Source of the DNA: an uncultured Bacteroidota bacterium
Lineage (GTDB): Bacteria; Bacteroidota; Bacteroidia; AKYH767-A; OLB10
NCBI GenBank assembly: GCA_903847585.1
Contig: CAINEC010000007.1
Coordinates: 8,112 to 72,111 of the forward strand
DNA: 64,000 nucleotides
Reading direction: 5' to 3'
Shown here: positions 10,018-21,000 of the stretch, in pieces
How the letters are laid out: every line of letters begins with the position of its first letter
Numbering within the stretch: the first letter of the stretch is position 1
The notes under the pieces: generated by a model
The model's database searches: none
The model's input: the letters and a program-made list of their open reading frames with translations, nothing else
Told to the model about the DNA's origin: nothing
Translations under genes and position numbers: made by a program

Positions 10018-10440
10018 ATGAATAAGTTACAACTACTTCTTTTTTGTTTTATCATTTCTTTGGTATCGGCATGTGCTGTAAGTGAAGAGGAAAAAGCAGC
10101 CGATTTACAACGTCATCGCGACTCGGTAGCTGCTGCGGAGGCCATGATTCGTTCCGCTGAATTGGCAAATGAGTCAAGAGCCAATGCACTGAAGTCGATT
10201 AATCAGGATGCCTTAAAAAATGATTCAATCATCCGAAAGGATAGCATTTTCAAAGCAGTAAAGGATACCAATGCAGTTGTAAAAACAGATTCTTCCTCAG
10301 TAAAAAAGCCAGCACCATTAAAGCCTAAAACAGAGGTTAAGCCTGCTGCAAAGAAGATTGAACAGGCCAAGCCTGCGGAGAAGAAAAAGACAACTCCCTC
10401 AAATACGAACGGTGCTAAAAAGGCAGGTCAAAAGAAATAA
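10018..10440 (+). CDS. Lys/Ala-rich lipoprotein, unknown function
   Basis: Lipobox LVSAC after a signal peptide, with a low-complexity K/A/P-rich tail. Confidence 0.5.
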   Translation: MNKLQLLLFCFIISLVSACAVSEEEKAADLQRHRDSVAAAEAMIRSAELANESRANALKSINQDALKNDSIIRKDSIFKAVKDTNAVVKTDSSSVKKPAPLKPKTEVKPAAKKIEQAKPAEKKKTTPSNTNGAKKAGQKK

Positions 10441-10489
10441 TGTGAATTAATACTTTTAATTCATCTTTTATTTAAATTTGCCTCTTGAA

Positions 10490-12562
10490 ATGCTAGCCCT
10501 ATCAATACAGTTCCTCGCCCCCGGATTTTTTGCAGGACTTATTTTTTTAGCAATACCGATACTTATTCATTTATTTAATTTCCGAAGGTACAAGAAGGTC
10601 GAATTTACCAATGTACGTTTTCTTCGTGAGCTAAAGGAAGAAACAACGAAGCTTAATAAGCTAAAGCATTTACTGATTTTACTTTGTCGTTTACTTGCTA
10701 TTGCGTTCCTCGTATTTGCATTTACAAAGCCAGTTATTCCATTAACAGCAGAGAAGAAGCTGAAGAATCAAAAGAATATTTCTGTATTCGTCGATAATTC
10801 TTTTAGTATGGAAGGGGTTAGTAAAGACGGTCCTTTGCTCGAGGTAGCAAAAAAGAAAGCGATTGAAGTGGCTAATGCTTACCCATCAACTGCGCGTTTC
10901 CAATTACTAACGAATGATTTTCTTTCGGTTCACCAGCGACTCCTTACTAAAGAAGAATTCATTGATGAAGTAGATAGGGTGAAAGTGTCTCCCGTTTCTA
11001 AAACAATGTCGCAGATTGTTGCTCGACAGTTAGATGCTTTCAATATCCAAGCGAATGAGGAAAAAGAGCTTTTTATCATTTCTGATTTTCAAAAGTCAGC
11101 GGCAGATATCAATCAAATTAAAATTGATTCATTAGCGCATCTTAACTTTATTGAGTTGCCCGTACAAAATTCTTCTAATGCTTATATCGATTCATGCTGG
11201 ATTGAAAGTCCGATTGTGCAGTTAAACAAAACGGTTGAATTGGCAGTGCGTGTAAATAATAGTGGTGAAGAAGATTTAGATAATGTTCCGGTTACATTAA
11301 AAATTAATGGAACACAACGAGCTGTTGCTTCTTGTGTTGTGGCTGCTAATAGTTCTGCAATAGTGAAGATGAGTTTTACAATTGCGCAACCAGGCTGGCA
11401 AAAGATGAAAGTTTCTATCACTGATCAGCCAATCGTATTTGATGATGATTATTTTCTCTCATTTAATGTAAAAGAAAATTTATCGGTGATTGCACTTGAT
11501 GGTAATAACCCAGGACCATACTTAAGAGCATTATACGCTAACGATCCGTTTTTTAAATTTTCATCGGTCCCTGTTAATCAAGTTGATTATTCTGTCATGC
11601 AAAACAGTCAGGTGATTGTTTTAAATCAATTGAGAGAAATATCAAATGGACTTTCGGAAGAGCTTAAAAAGTTTTTGCAAAAAGGAGGTTCTGTAATTTG
11701 TTTTCCAGATTCAGCAATCGATTTAAATTCCTATTCTCCTGCATTGACTTCTTTGGTAGGAGAAAGTTATTCTTCGTTGATCAGAACAAATGATAAAGTC
11801 GCGAAAATTGATTTTAAAAATGGAATTTTTAATGATGTGTTTGATGAGTCCACAAAGAATCAGGCAAATCTTGATTTGCCAAAGGTTAATGCCTATTACT
11901 CGTTAAATACTGCTGTGGCTTCAGGAAGAAACTCGTTGATGCAGTTAGAGTCAGGCGCAAGTTTCTTATCAGAGTATTCTGTTGGAAAAGGAAAGATGTA
12001 TTTGTTTACAGTTCCGTTAAATAGTTCTTTCTGTAATTTATCACAGCATGCTTTAATTGTTCCGCTATTGTATAAGATGGCCATCTTAAGCTTGAATCTT
12101 CCGCAAAACAGTGCTATCATAGGTGAAAAAGACGAGTTGTTTGTAAGTGAAAATATTTCAGTAGGAGATAATGTACTTCACCTGAAAAATGATGAGAATA
12201 AAACAGATATTGTTCCACAATTGAAAACAGTTAATGGTGGAATGCAAATTACGACGAATGGTTTGTTAACGAATGCTGGATATTATAATCTGACGAATGC
12301 CAATACTACCTACGCTGTTTTTTCATTCAACTATAATCGTAAAGAATCAAACATGCAATTCATGAGCGAGGATGATCTGAAGTCGAAAGCCGAAGAGGCG
12401 CATTTAACGAATTATGCTTTTTATAATGATCAGGGTGGAAGTCTTACGAAGAAAATTAGCAGACTATCAGAGGGAATTGCGCTTTGGAAATATTGCATCA
12501 TTATCGCACTCCTTGCATTCTTAGCAGAAATATTAATTATTAGAATCTGGAAAACAATATGA
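10490..12562 (+). CDS. BatA N-terminal (aerotolerance regulator N-terminal) domain membrane protein
   Basis: N-terminus ...FLAIPILIHLFNFRRYKKVEF is the BatA_N signature, and there is a C-terminal TM anchor. The track ORF begins at a TTG (10478), so ATG 10490 is preferred. Confidence 0.7.
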   Translation: MLALSIQFLAPGFFAGLIFLAIPILIHLFNFRRYKKVEFTNVRFLRELKEETTKLNKLKHLLILLCRLLAIAFLVFAFTKPVIPLTAEKKLKNQKNISVFVDNSFSMEGVSKDGPLLEVAKKKAIEVANAYPSTARFQLLTNDFLSVHQRLLTKEEFIDEVDRVKVSPVSKTMSQIVARQLDAFNIQANEEKELFIISDFQKSAADINQIKIDSLAHLNFIELPVQNSSNAYIDSCWIESPIVQLNKTVELAVRVNNSGEEDLDNVPVTLKINGTQRAVASCVVAANSSAIVKMSFTIAQPGWQKMKVSITDQPIVFDDDYFLSFNVKENLSVIALDGNNPGPYLRALYANDPFFKFSSVPVNQVDYSVMQNSQVIVLNQLREISNGLSEELKKFLQKGGSVICFPDSAIDLNSYSPALTSLVGESYSSLIRTNDKVAKIDFKNGIFNDVFDESTKNQANLDLPKVNAYYSLNTAVASGRNSLMQLESGASFLSEYSVGKGKMYLFTVPLNSSFCNLSQHALIVPLLYKMAILSLNLPQNSAIIGEKDELFVSENISVGDNVLHLKNDENKTDIVPQLKTVNGGMQITTNGLLTNAGYYNLTNANTTYAVFSFNYNRKESNMQFMSEDDLKSKAEEAHLTNYAFYNDQGGSLTKKISRLSEGIALWKYCIIIALLAFLAEILIIRIWKTI

Positions 12563-13839
12563 AAATAGCATTTCACGGTGTTACAATTGCCGACCCTCGT
12601 TCTGAATTCAATGGTAAACAGGTTGATGTTTTAATTTCTGATGGAGTAGTTTCAGAAATTGTAGAACATTCTTCGGATAGACGATACAGTGATGATGTTG
12701 ATGTAAAGAACTGTGCAGGTGTTTTTTTATCTCCCGGATGGCTTGATATGAAAGCTAATTTTAGAGAGCCAGGATACGAGCAGAAAGAAACAATTGAAAG
12801 TGGACAAGCTGCAGCGGCGAAAGGTGGATTTACAGCAGTGCTATTAATGCCATCTGTTAATCCCGTAATTCAAAAGCGCGCGGATGTTGAATTTCTGAAA
12901 GGAAAATCGAAGCAGAGTAATGTGGATGTTTATATCGCAGGAGCATTAACTGTAAATAGAGAAGGGAAGGAGCTTGCTGAATTATATGATATGCAGTTAG
13001 GCGGTGCCGTTATATTTACGGATGATAAAAAAGCAATTAATAACAGCGGACTTTTACTAAGAGGTTTACAGTACGCAGATAATATTGGAGCCAAGGTAAT
13101 TGTTTATGCTGATGATAAATCACTTTCAGGAGACTCATTAGCCAATGAAAGTGCAATAACAACCAAGCTCGGATTTAAAGGTTCTCCTTCAATCGCTGAA
13201 GGAATTGCATTAGAGCGAGACATTCGTTTAGCTGAATACGCAAATACGCCTTTGCATTGTAGTGGCATTTCAACATCTGAAGCTGTAGATGCGATTCGTA
13301 CAGCAAAGCAAATGGGATTACCAATAACTGCTGAAGTGAATGTGGCGAATTTGTTTTTTACAGATGAGGTCTTGAATACTTTTGATAGTAACTATAAAGT
13401 GAAGCCTCCATTTCGTGGTACAACCGATAAAGAAGTTTTACAAGAAGCGCTATTAGATGGTACAATCGATTGTGTTGTTACGGATCACTCACCGGAAGAC
13501 ATTGAATCGAAAGATGTAGAATTTGAATATGCAGCCTACGGAATGATTGGATTGGAAACAGCCTATTCGGTTTTGAATTCAGCTCTTGATGGAAAATTAA
13601 ATCCAGATCATGTGGCAAACATACTTTCTATCAATCCACGTTCTATTATTGGTGTAGATGTTCCTACAATATCAACAGGTGTTGTTGCTAATTTCACCTT
13701 GTTTAATCCAACAGCAGAAGTTGTTTATACTGCTAATGACTTTAAGTCTAAATCACGCAACACACCATTCATTAACCATCCACTGAAAGGGAAGGTGATG
13801 ATGGCTATCAATAAAACGGTGTTGTCGGATAATTTCTAG
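12559..13839 (+). CDS. Dihydroorotase-like amidohydrolase with degenerate metal site (PyrC'-like)
   Basis: Collinear with type I dihydroorotases (REPGYEQKETIESGQAAAAKGGFT, VTDHSP). The HxH zinc motif reads DMKANF instead. Start overlaps the upstream stop (ATGA). Confidence 0.8.
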   Translation: MKIAFHGVTIADPRSEFNGKQVDVLISDGVVSEIVEHSSDRRYSDDVDVKNCAGVFLSPGWLDMKANFREPGYEQKETIESGQAAAAKGGFTAVLLMPSVNPVIQKRADVEFLKGKSKQSNVDVYIAGALTVNREGKELAELYDMQLGGAVIFTDDKKAINNSGLLLRGLQYADNIGAKVIVYADDKSLSGDSLANESAITTKLGFKGSPSIAEGIALERDIRLAEYANTPLHCSGISTSEAVDAIRTAKQMGLPITAEVNVANLFFTDEVLNTFDSNYKVKPPFRGTTDKEVLQEALLDGTIDCVVTDHSPEDIESKDVEFEYAAYGMIGLETAYSVLNSALDGKLNPDHVANILSINPRSIIGVDVPTISTGVVANFTLFNPTAEVVYTANDFKSKSRNTPFINHPLKGKVMMAINKTVLSDNF

Positions 13840-16800
13840 TTATTTAAAACTGAAATAATTCGTTTGCTGAATTACGACAGGGTTTTTACTCCACGTTTCA
13901 ATTGAGTTTCTATGTCGGAAAACGATATAGTACGAATTACCTAACAATGTTGCAGGTATGGTACTCGTTGAATTTCCGGTTGTATCAAGCGTTGTTGTAA
14001 CGGTATGCACTAACGCAAATGGACTAATAGCTTCGTGTAATTCAATTCGTATGGTATCAGACTCATTTGCTGATGAAACAGCATTTAATGTTCCTCCATT
14101 ATTATAAAAGCCTTCAATATATGCGGCCACATTCAGTGTTAAGAAATTAGTAATGGTAATCGTTCCTGAGCTAGCTGCTCCGCAAGGAGTAACCACACTC
14201 AATGGTCCTGATGTAGCTCCCGCAGGAATAGTGGCTGTGATAGAAGTAGGACTATTAATCGTGTAATTACTTATCGTTCCTCCATTAATAGAAACACTAC
14301 TTGTATTTGCAAGATTAGTCCCTGTAATAGTAATTGTTCCACCTACAGGAATTGTGGTAGGTGTAATGGAAGTTATAGTTGGAGAGTTGGTAATCGATAC
14401 ATTTATGCTGTTGGATAATTTAGTACAGTTGCTTCCTGCATATGGGAAGGAAATCGACCAGTTTTGAATTCTACCGGTATCTATAGCCGCTCTATCAAAA
14501 GCAACTAACGACCAATTACCATTCGGATTTATTTTCCCATTTCCTAATGATGCAAATGTTGTTGCTGATGTTGCGTTAGTACATCCCGTAACAGTGAACG
14601 TTGCATTCCATGGTTTAAATAATCCTGTATAAGGCGCTCCTGCGGTTCCCAAAATAGCTGTACCCGAATCAGCAAAAATTGTGTTGGTGAAATTATCACC
14701 ACTGTTATTAGTATTTCCTGTCTGATCGCTTAATCCGATTCTTGTTCCATCAGGTGCTTGCAAATAAATATCTAAGTCGCCTACCCATGTATGTGTGATG
14801 TTCATCTTTACATAGATACCACTTGACCTGATTGTTCCGTTATATCCACTTACACTAATAGTATTTGTTGCAGCAGTACATGAGTTATCTGTAATGAATG
14901 TTGTTGATGTAGAATTAAATGTTTGTGCACCAATAGGAGTAATGGAAGCTACTACATCATAACTTCCTGTTGTTGTGGCAAGATAAGTATTACCTGTCGC
15001 ACCACTGATGTTATTCCCATTCAATCGCCATTGGTAATTGTAACCAGGTTGAGCAGTAAAACTTAATTGAACTCCTTGATTACTGCAAGAAGTTGTTGAA
15101 CCACTCGCCGCTATAACAGGTGTTATTGGAGCACTAGACACATTAACGGATAAACTTGCACTCGCACCATTTCCACATCCATTTACTCCTTGAACGGTAA
15201 TAGTCCCTGATTGTGCGGTATCACTAAAGTCTGTCAAAATAATATTTGTAGTATTACCACTAATAATTTGCACACCACTAGGAGTCGTCCATAAATAACT
15301 TGTAGCATTGGCAATTGTTGAGACAGAATAGTTAATATTTTTATCGCCCTGGCAAAGCGCAATTGTTCCTGTTATACTTCCAGGTGTTAGCGGTAGTGCA
15401 TTAACAGTAACTGCATAATTCGAAGAGGCTGGTCCATTGCCACATATATTACTTGTAGAAACACTAATATTTCCACTGATCGCATTGGCTGCTATAGTAC
15501 AAGTTATTGCGTTTGTATTTGCTCCAGTTGTAATTGTAAATCCTGTTGGCAACGACCAATTGTAAGTAGTAGCATTGGCAACTGCAGTGCAAGTGTAACT
15601 AACATTTGTTTGACCTTGGCAAATTGTTGTCGGTCCTGAAATTATTCCTGATGTAGTAATTGAATTTTGAATAGAAATGTTTGCGCCATTATCAGTCCCA
15701 ATGATGGATGGATTAGAGGCAATCACCCTAATACGATAACCATTTCCAGCGGGGGTGTTAGATGGGATCGTGCAACTGATGCTTCCAGTATTCGCTGTTG
15801 ATGATAAAGACCCAATGCTAATTGGAGAAGCAAAACTTCCCGCTGCATTTGATAACTGCACAGTAAAATTATTTCCTGTGTTCGCAGGTCCATCGCCACT
15901 ATAGCTGACATTTAATGTAGATCCACTGCAATACGTGGTTGTTGTAAGTGCTGAAGTATTTAACGTAGAAAGCACAGTTGATCCTGCTGCAATTGTAAAG
16001 TTGGTGTTAGAGATGTCGAAGAAAATATTTCCAACACTTTGAACTTTTATTCTTGCTGTGGTGGATAAGTAAGCTGGAACAGTTATCGTTTCTGTACCAT
16101 CATTAGGAGTTGAACTCAATATGGTGATAGGGTAGGTAAAACCTCCATCGGTTGAAAGAAGAATAGCAACATTTGCACAAGAAATAGGACTTGCTGTTGT
16201 ATTAGATACATTCCAGGTTACTAATGCTGATTGTCCTGTATTCCATGTTAAATTAGTATTTGGACTTGTTACTGCAAATGCTGTTGTTGTATTAATAACA
16301 TTGACTTTCACTGTATCTTCTGGATGCATTACACCGCCACCACCTATTCGGTTATCCCTTACCGTTATTCTGAATTTTAATGTACGCGCATAAGATGGAA
16401 GTAATTCGCCGATGGTGGTAACATTATTTACGATATCACTGATTTTTGGAAATGTTCTGCTTGTACTACTCACAGGGGAGAAAGGTCTAAAGATTGGCGC
16501 ATCACCAACTGGCGCATTCCAGTTTCCTGCAGCTCCTAGATCGAATTCTTCCCAACAATACGTTAAGGCATCTCCGTTAGCATCGCTTCCTGTTGCTGTT
16601 AGCTCAAACGGTGTTTGAAAAGGAATAGAGTAGGTAAGAGCAGTCGGTGTTACGGTAGGAGGAGTGTTTCCTGTGTTGGTTGTTGTTGGACAAGTGCTAC
16701 CGCTTCCTGTAGTAATATAAGTTGTAATCTGATCAAAGCTTTTTGTGTGAAAATAGGGAATACTATTCGGCGCTAAATCGTTGGTGGCTGTGCATATTCC

Positions 16801-17928
16801 AGCATAAGCCATAATGGTAATACCGCTTCCTGGTTCATATGCTGTAGTTGCTGTTCGGTTACCACTACATGATCCAGTTGATGCATTAAATGTATGTTGT
16901 GCACCAAATTGATGTCCCATTTCGTGTGCTACATAATCAATGTCGAAAGCATCACCAACAGGACTACCTGATCCAGTAACACCACCCGCTTTATTGGCAG
17001 TACAAGGAACACCCAAATAGGCTACTCCACCACCACCAGTACTGAATACATGTCCAATATCGTAATTAGCTGAACCAATAATATTATTACAGGTTGTAAT
17101 ATTTTCCCCAAGCATTGTTGAACCATTCGTATTTGTAAAAGGATCGGTGGATGCGTTTGTATAAATTAGTAAAGTGTCGTTAGGAATTAATGTAAACTTT
17201 ACTGCTAATTCATCGGAATAAACTGCATTCACACGATTAACAGAAGCCACCATACCAGCTAATGCACCTGCTTTTGTGCCTCCATAAAATGCGGCATATT
17301 CACCCGTACATGAAAGTGCTAATCGATAATTACGAAGTTGTGTTCCATGCGTTCTTTGGTTATTGGTTGTGTTATTAAATGATCGAACTTCTTTTATAAG
17401 GTCATCCGTTTCACAACTAAATCCTGTACTTCTGTTAAAGTTTTTCTTTTCATAAAGTATACAATTCTGTGTATCAAAATTGTTTAAGGGATCATAATAA
17501 AACACACCATCTTGTGAGGTGATCATTATATGAAGTCCTATAGGTGATATACTCAAAGCAAGTTTCGCACTTGGATCATTAATACCTTGACCTCTGTAAG
17601 TTTGAATTTCACTAAACACTTTATTTAAATCGGGATGCATTACGTAAACCTTCTTCACTTCGAAAACGATTTGCTTTTGATTGCTTACTGGTACATTCAA
17701 ATACAAGGTATTCTTGCTTTTGATGTTTTCGGTGGGAGCTTTTAATAGTTCATTGAAAAGCAACGAATGATTATAGGTAATTCCCAAATATTCTTGAGGG
17801 TATGCGTATCTAGCAGGAGCTGTTGCATATTGCTCATTAGTCCAAAGGGAGAAAAAGTTTGCTATTTGCGCATTTGCAAATTGACAAATTAAGAATGATA
17901 AGAATAATAGAGAAGCCCTTTTTTTCAT
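13840..17928 (-). CDS. Giant secreted metzincin (reprolysin/M12B-like) zinc metalloprotease with Ig-like repeats, proprotein-convertase P-domain and IPT/TIG domain
   Basis: Signal peptide MKKRASLLFLSFLICQFANAQ. HEMGHQFGAQH at 16894-16926. Two ~80-aa Cys-containing Ig/PKD-like repeats (ICQGQTNVSY.., LCQGDKNINY..). P-domain signature HTWVGDLDIYLQAPDG, and IPT-like ITSITPTTIPVGGTITITGTNL. Confidence 0.8.
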   Translation of the reverse strand: MKKRASLLFLSFLICQFANAQIANFFSLWTNEQYATAPARYAYPQEYLGITYNHSLLFNELLKAPTENIKSKNTLYLNVPVSNQKQIVFEVKKVYVMHPDLNKVFSEIQTYRGQGINDPSAKLALSISPIGLHIMITSQDGVFYYDPLNNFDTQNCILYEKKNFNRSTGFSCETDDLIKEVRSFNNTTNNQRTHGTQLRNYRLALSCTGEYAAFYGGTKAGALAGMVASVNRVNAVYSDELAVKFTLIPNDTLLIYTNASTDPFTNTNGSTMLGENITTCNNIIGSANYDIGHVFSTGGGGVAYLGVPCTANKAGGVTGSGSPVGDAFDIDYVAHEMGHQFGAQHTFNASTGSCSGNRTATTAYEPGSGITIMAYAGICTATNDLAPNSIPYFHTKSFDQITTYITTGSGSTCPTTTNTGNTPPTVTPTALTYSIPFQTPFELTATGSDANGDALTYCWEEFDLGAAGNWNAPVGDAPIFRPFSPVSSTSRTFPKISDIVNNVTTIGELLPSYARTLKFRITVRDNRIGGGGVMHPEDTVKVNVINTTTAFAVTSPNTNLTWNTGQSALVTWNVSNTTASPISCANVAILLSTDGGFTYPITILSSTPNDGTETITVPAYLSTTARIKVQSVGNIFFDISNTNFTIAAGSTVLSTLNTSALTTTTYCSGSTLNVSYSGDGPANTGNNFTVQLSNAAGSFASPISIGSLSSTANTGSISCTIPSNTPAGNGYRIRVIASNPSIIGTDNGANISIQNSITTSGIISGPTTICQGQTNVSYTCTAVANATTYNWSLPTGFTITTGANTNAITCTIAANAISGNISVSTSNICGNGPASSNYAVTVNALPLTPGSITGTIALCQGDKNINYSVSTIANATSYLWTTPSGVQIISGNTTNIILTDFSDTAQSGTITVQGVNGCGNGASASLSVNVSSAPITPVIAASGSTTSCSNQGVQLSFTAQPGYNYQWRLNGNNISGATGNTYLATTTGSYDVVASITPIGAQTFNSTSTTFITDNSCTAATNTISVSGYNGTIRSSGIYVKMNITHTWVGDLDIYLQAPDGTRIGLSDQTGNTNNSGDNFTNTIFADSGTAILGTAGAPYTGLFKPWNATFTVTGCTNATSATTFASLGNGKINPNGNWSLVAFDRAAIDTGRIQNWSISFPYAGSNCTKLSNSINVSITNSPTITSITPTTIPVGGTITITGTNLANTSSVSINGGTISNYTINSPTSITATIPAGATSGPLSVVTPCGAASSGTITITNFLTLNVAAYIEGFYNNGGTLNAVSSANESDTIRIELHEAISPFALVHTVTTTLDTTGNSTSTIPATLLGNSYYIVFRHRNSIETWSKNPVVIQQTNYFSFK

Positions 17929-17975
17929 AACTGAAATATTACATGATGCAATTTATAAAAAACGGGGGGAATAAA

Positions 17976-18008
17976 AAAACCTGTAGTGAATACTACAGGT
18001 TTTTTTAT
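17976..18008 (-). terminator. Intrinsic terminator after the 1511-aa cargo gene
   Basis: aaaaaaacctgtagt-gaat-actacaggttttttt: perfect 8-bp stem flanked by A- and T-runs, 18 nt downstream of the stop at 18026. Confidence 0.8.
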
Positions 18009-18025
18009 TTCAGGTATTAATTCAA

Positions 18026-21000
18026 TTACTTGGTAACAACCATTCTTCTTGTGATTGTTTTTCCGTTGTAATTTAACGTATACATATACATTCCTTCAGA
18101 AAGTGTTGCAGTGTTGAAGTATACTGTGTGTAAACCAGCACCTTCGTTTCCATCAACAAGTACTGCGATTGTTTGTCCTAATAAATCAGTAACTGTTATG
18201 TTAACTTGACCAAATTCAGGGATAACAAAATCGATAGCTGTATTTGTCATAGAAGGGTTAGGATAGTTCTGGCTTAATCCGAAGTTATCAGTTGCAATTT
18301 CATTTACACCTAATGGAGTACATAATCCTAAGTCAGTGATACAAACATCATCAATTACCCATCCTTCGTCTACTGCTGAATAATCAGAAGCAAACTTCCA
18401 ACGAACAATCATTTGTGTATTTGCACCAGGATCTAATGTCTTTTCAGTCTTGAACCAGCTTGTTCTGTTTCCTGTAAATCCGAATACTGTTGGGTTGCTA
18501 GGATTTAAAGCTGTTACATAAGTGTAGTTAGGACTTGCACCATATAATTGAATATTTGGTGTTCCTGCATAATCTATGTTGTTCCAAGATTGACCGTAGT
18601 CAACAGAGTAATCTACACCACCACCATCTGCACCATACTCCATTTTGTAACGGTTCCAGAATTCTAATTTATAGCAGTGACCAGCTTCAACACGAACTAA
18701 TGCAGAGAATAATCCAGCTGAATCGATGTTAGTATAGTTACCACTTAAATCAGTTGCCCATGCTTTTGCTCCACTATGTGTTCCACTTAATGTAGGTTTT
18801 GTTGGGTTACCCATTTGCCATGATTCATCGTAAGCATAAGAGTCAGAGTTTGCAGTTACCCATTGACTTCCACTTTCAAAGTCAGTACAGAAAGGTAATT
18901 GACTTGTTGTTACTGAATCGAATACTAATACATTGATACAAACAGTATCGTCTAATTGATAATTGTCTGTTTGGTTATTTGGGTCATACGTATAAACACA
19001 AACTTCATGATATCCTGGAACAGCAATCCAATTAGTGCTGAATGCATGTAATTTAGAGCTATCAGTAGCTAAACCACCAATTGCGCTATAGTCTACAAAG
19101 TCAGAACTAGCAATGTTACCATCAATTGATAATACTGCCATGTGGTTATTGATTGTAAATACACCGTTGTTCTTAATGTTTCCAGAGAAATTAACTGGTT
19201 GACCAGGGAATAATAACTGATTTTGAACTGTAGTATTTACAACTGTTGGAGTTACAGATAATGGAATTGGTACAAATAATTCAAAGTTGTCAACTGAAAC
19301 TCCGTCCATTGTTCCAAAGTTATTGGCGAACACAAAACGGAACTGAATTAAGTTCGGAGATGTACCACCGTTAGTCGCATTTTCTAAGTTTTTGATTTCA
19401 CTCTTAATCCAACCACCTGAAATATCATCCCAGATATCTACATTGTTATACCAGTTAGTTGCATCAGTTGTTAATGCTGGTTGTAATCTTGTCCAGGTGT
19501 TATTGTTATTTAAGCAGTACTCAATGTAGAAATCAGGGCCGAACGTATTCATGTCACGATTCTGCATGAAACGTAATGTAGCGCCTGCTGCATTTGTCAA
19601 ATCGAAATAAGGTGTGTACAAATAAGCTTGAGTTGCACCAGCTACTGCACTTGTTAAGTTCATATCCCAACATGTGATAGGAGAGAATGCACCTGTAGTT
19701 ACGCCGAAGTTTGGAGTTCCAAATTCCCAAGCATTACCTGCTGAAGCTAAAGGATCAGCTGCTGGAGCCCAACCGATGTTTCCATTTTCGAAATTATCTG
19801 TGTAGTAGTTAGTATAAGTCGGCGTAATAGTCGGCTGACCATAGATAATTGTAGAAGCGGTATCATTTAAGTTATTTACATCTCCAGGCAATTCTGTCCA
19901 TGCAGTTACTGTTACAGGTCCCGCAACCATGTTAAATGGAGGTAAGTTGATATCTAAATTTGAACATGGTGCTAATGAACCTGTCCAAACAAATGATGCT
20001 GATGCACCACTTGATGTTACATAAGAGATAGGAATTGATGTTACTGTTTGCGTAGCACTTGCATTTGATAAGGTAGCAATCAATGAAACTGGTGTTCCTG
20101 CTGGAGCATTTGTAATACCACCACCTAGAACTGTAATTCCAACATCGTTACCATTTGTACCAGTTACACAGAAATCATCGATTGTAGCACCACCATTTAA
20201 TGTAATAATACCATCAGATGAGAAAGTGAAACGGAATTGAACAGCAGTTGAACTTCCTAATACATTATTTAAACAACATAATTTATAGGAAGGGAAGAAC
20301 CATCCTGAAGCTGGACCAGACCATGCATCCAACGCTGTAAAGTTAGGTTGTAATGGAATGTTCTCATTATACCAGTCTTTAGCACAATTAGGATCATTAG
20401 GAATATAATTCCAAGTAACACCACCGTCATTTGTGTATTCTAAAATAACACCATCCCATCCTTTTTCTGCATCATAAAACATAGCGAATTTTAATTCTCC
20501 CGTTGTGATGTTACTCATATCTAAGTAAGGAGTGTATAGGTAAGTTAAGTCATTGTTGCCGTAAGCTGCATTTAAGTTTACGTCCCATGCGTTAGAGCCT
20601 GAGTAAGCTGATGCAGGATTACCAGTTCCTGGCGTTCCTAATTCCCAAACGTCAGCTGCATTTTGGTTAGGCGCTACGTTAGCAGACCAACCTTGGTTAC
20701 CACTTTCGAAATCATCACATAAAGGCGCTGTTAATGTAGGGATACCAACTAAACTTACACAAACACTGTCATTTGTATGGTCGCAATCACCCGCTAAGTC
20801 AGTCCACATACAAACTGTAAATGCGCCTGATTGAGCAGTAATAGAATTTAAGATATAATTAATTTGAGCACCTGGAGTTAATGGACCTGCAATTTGAGTC
20901 GTTACTGGCGCACCATTATTCACAGTATATGTAAAGTCAAAGTTCGATTGAGGTGCAGTACCATAGTTCTCTAAAGTAAGATCGATATTTACTGGCTGAC

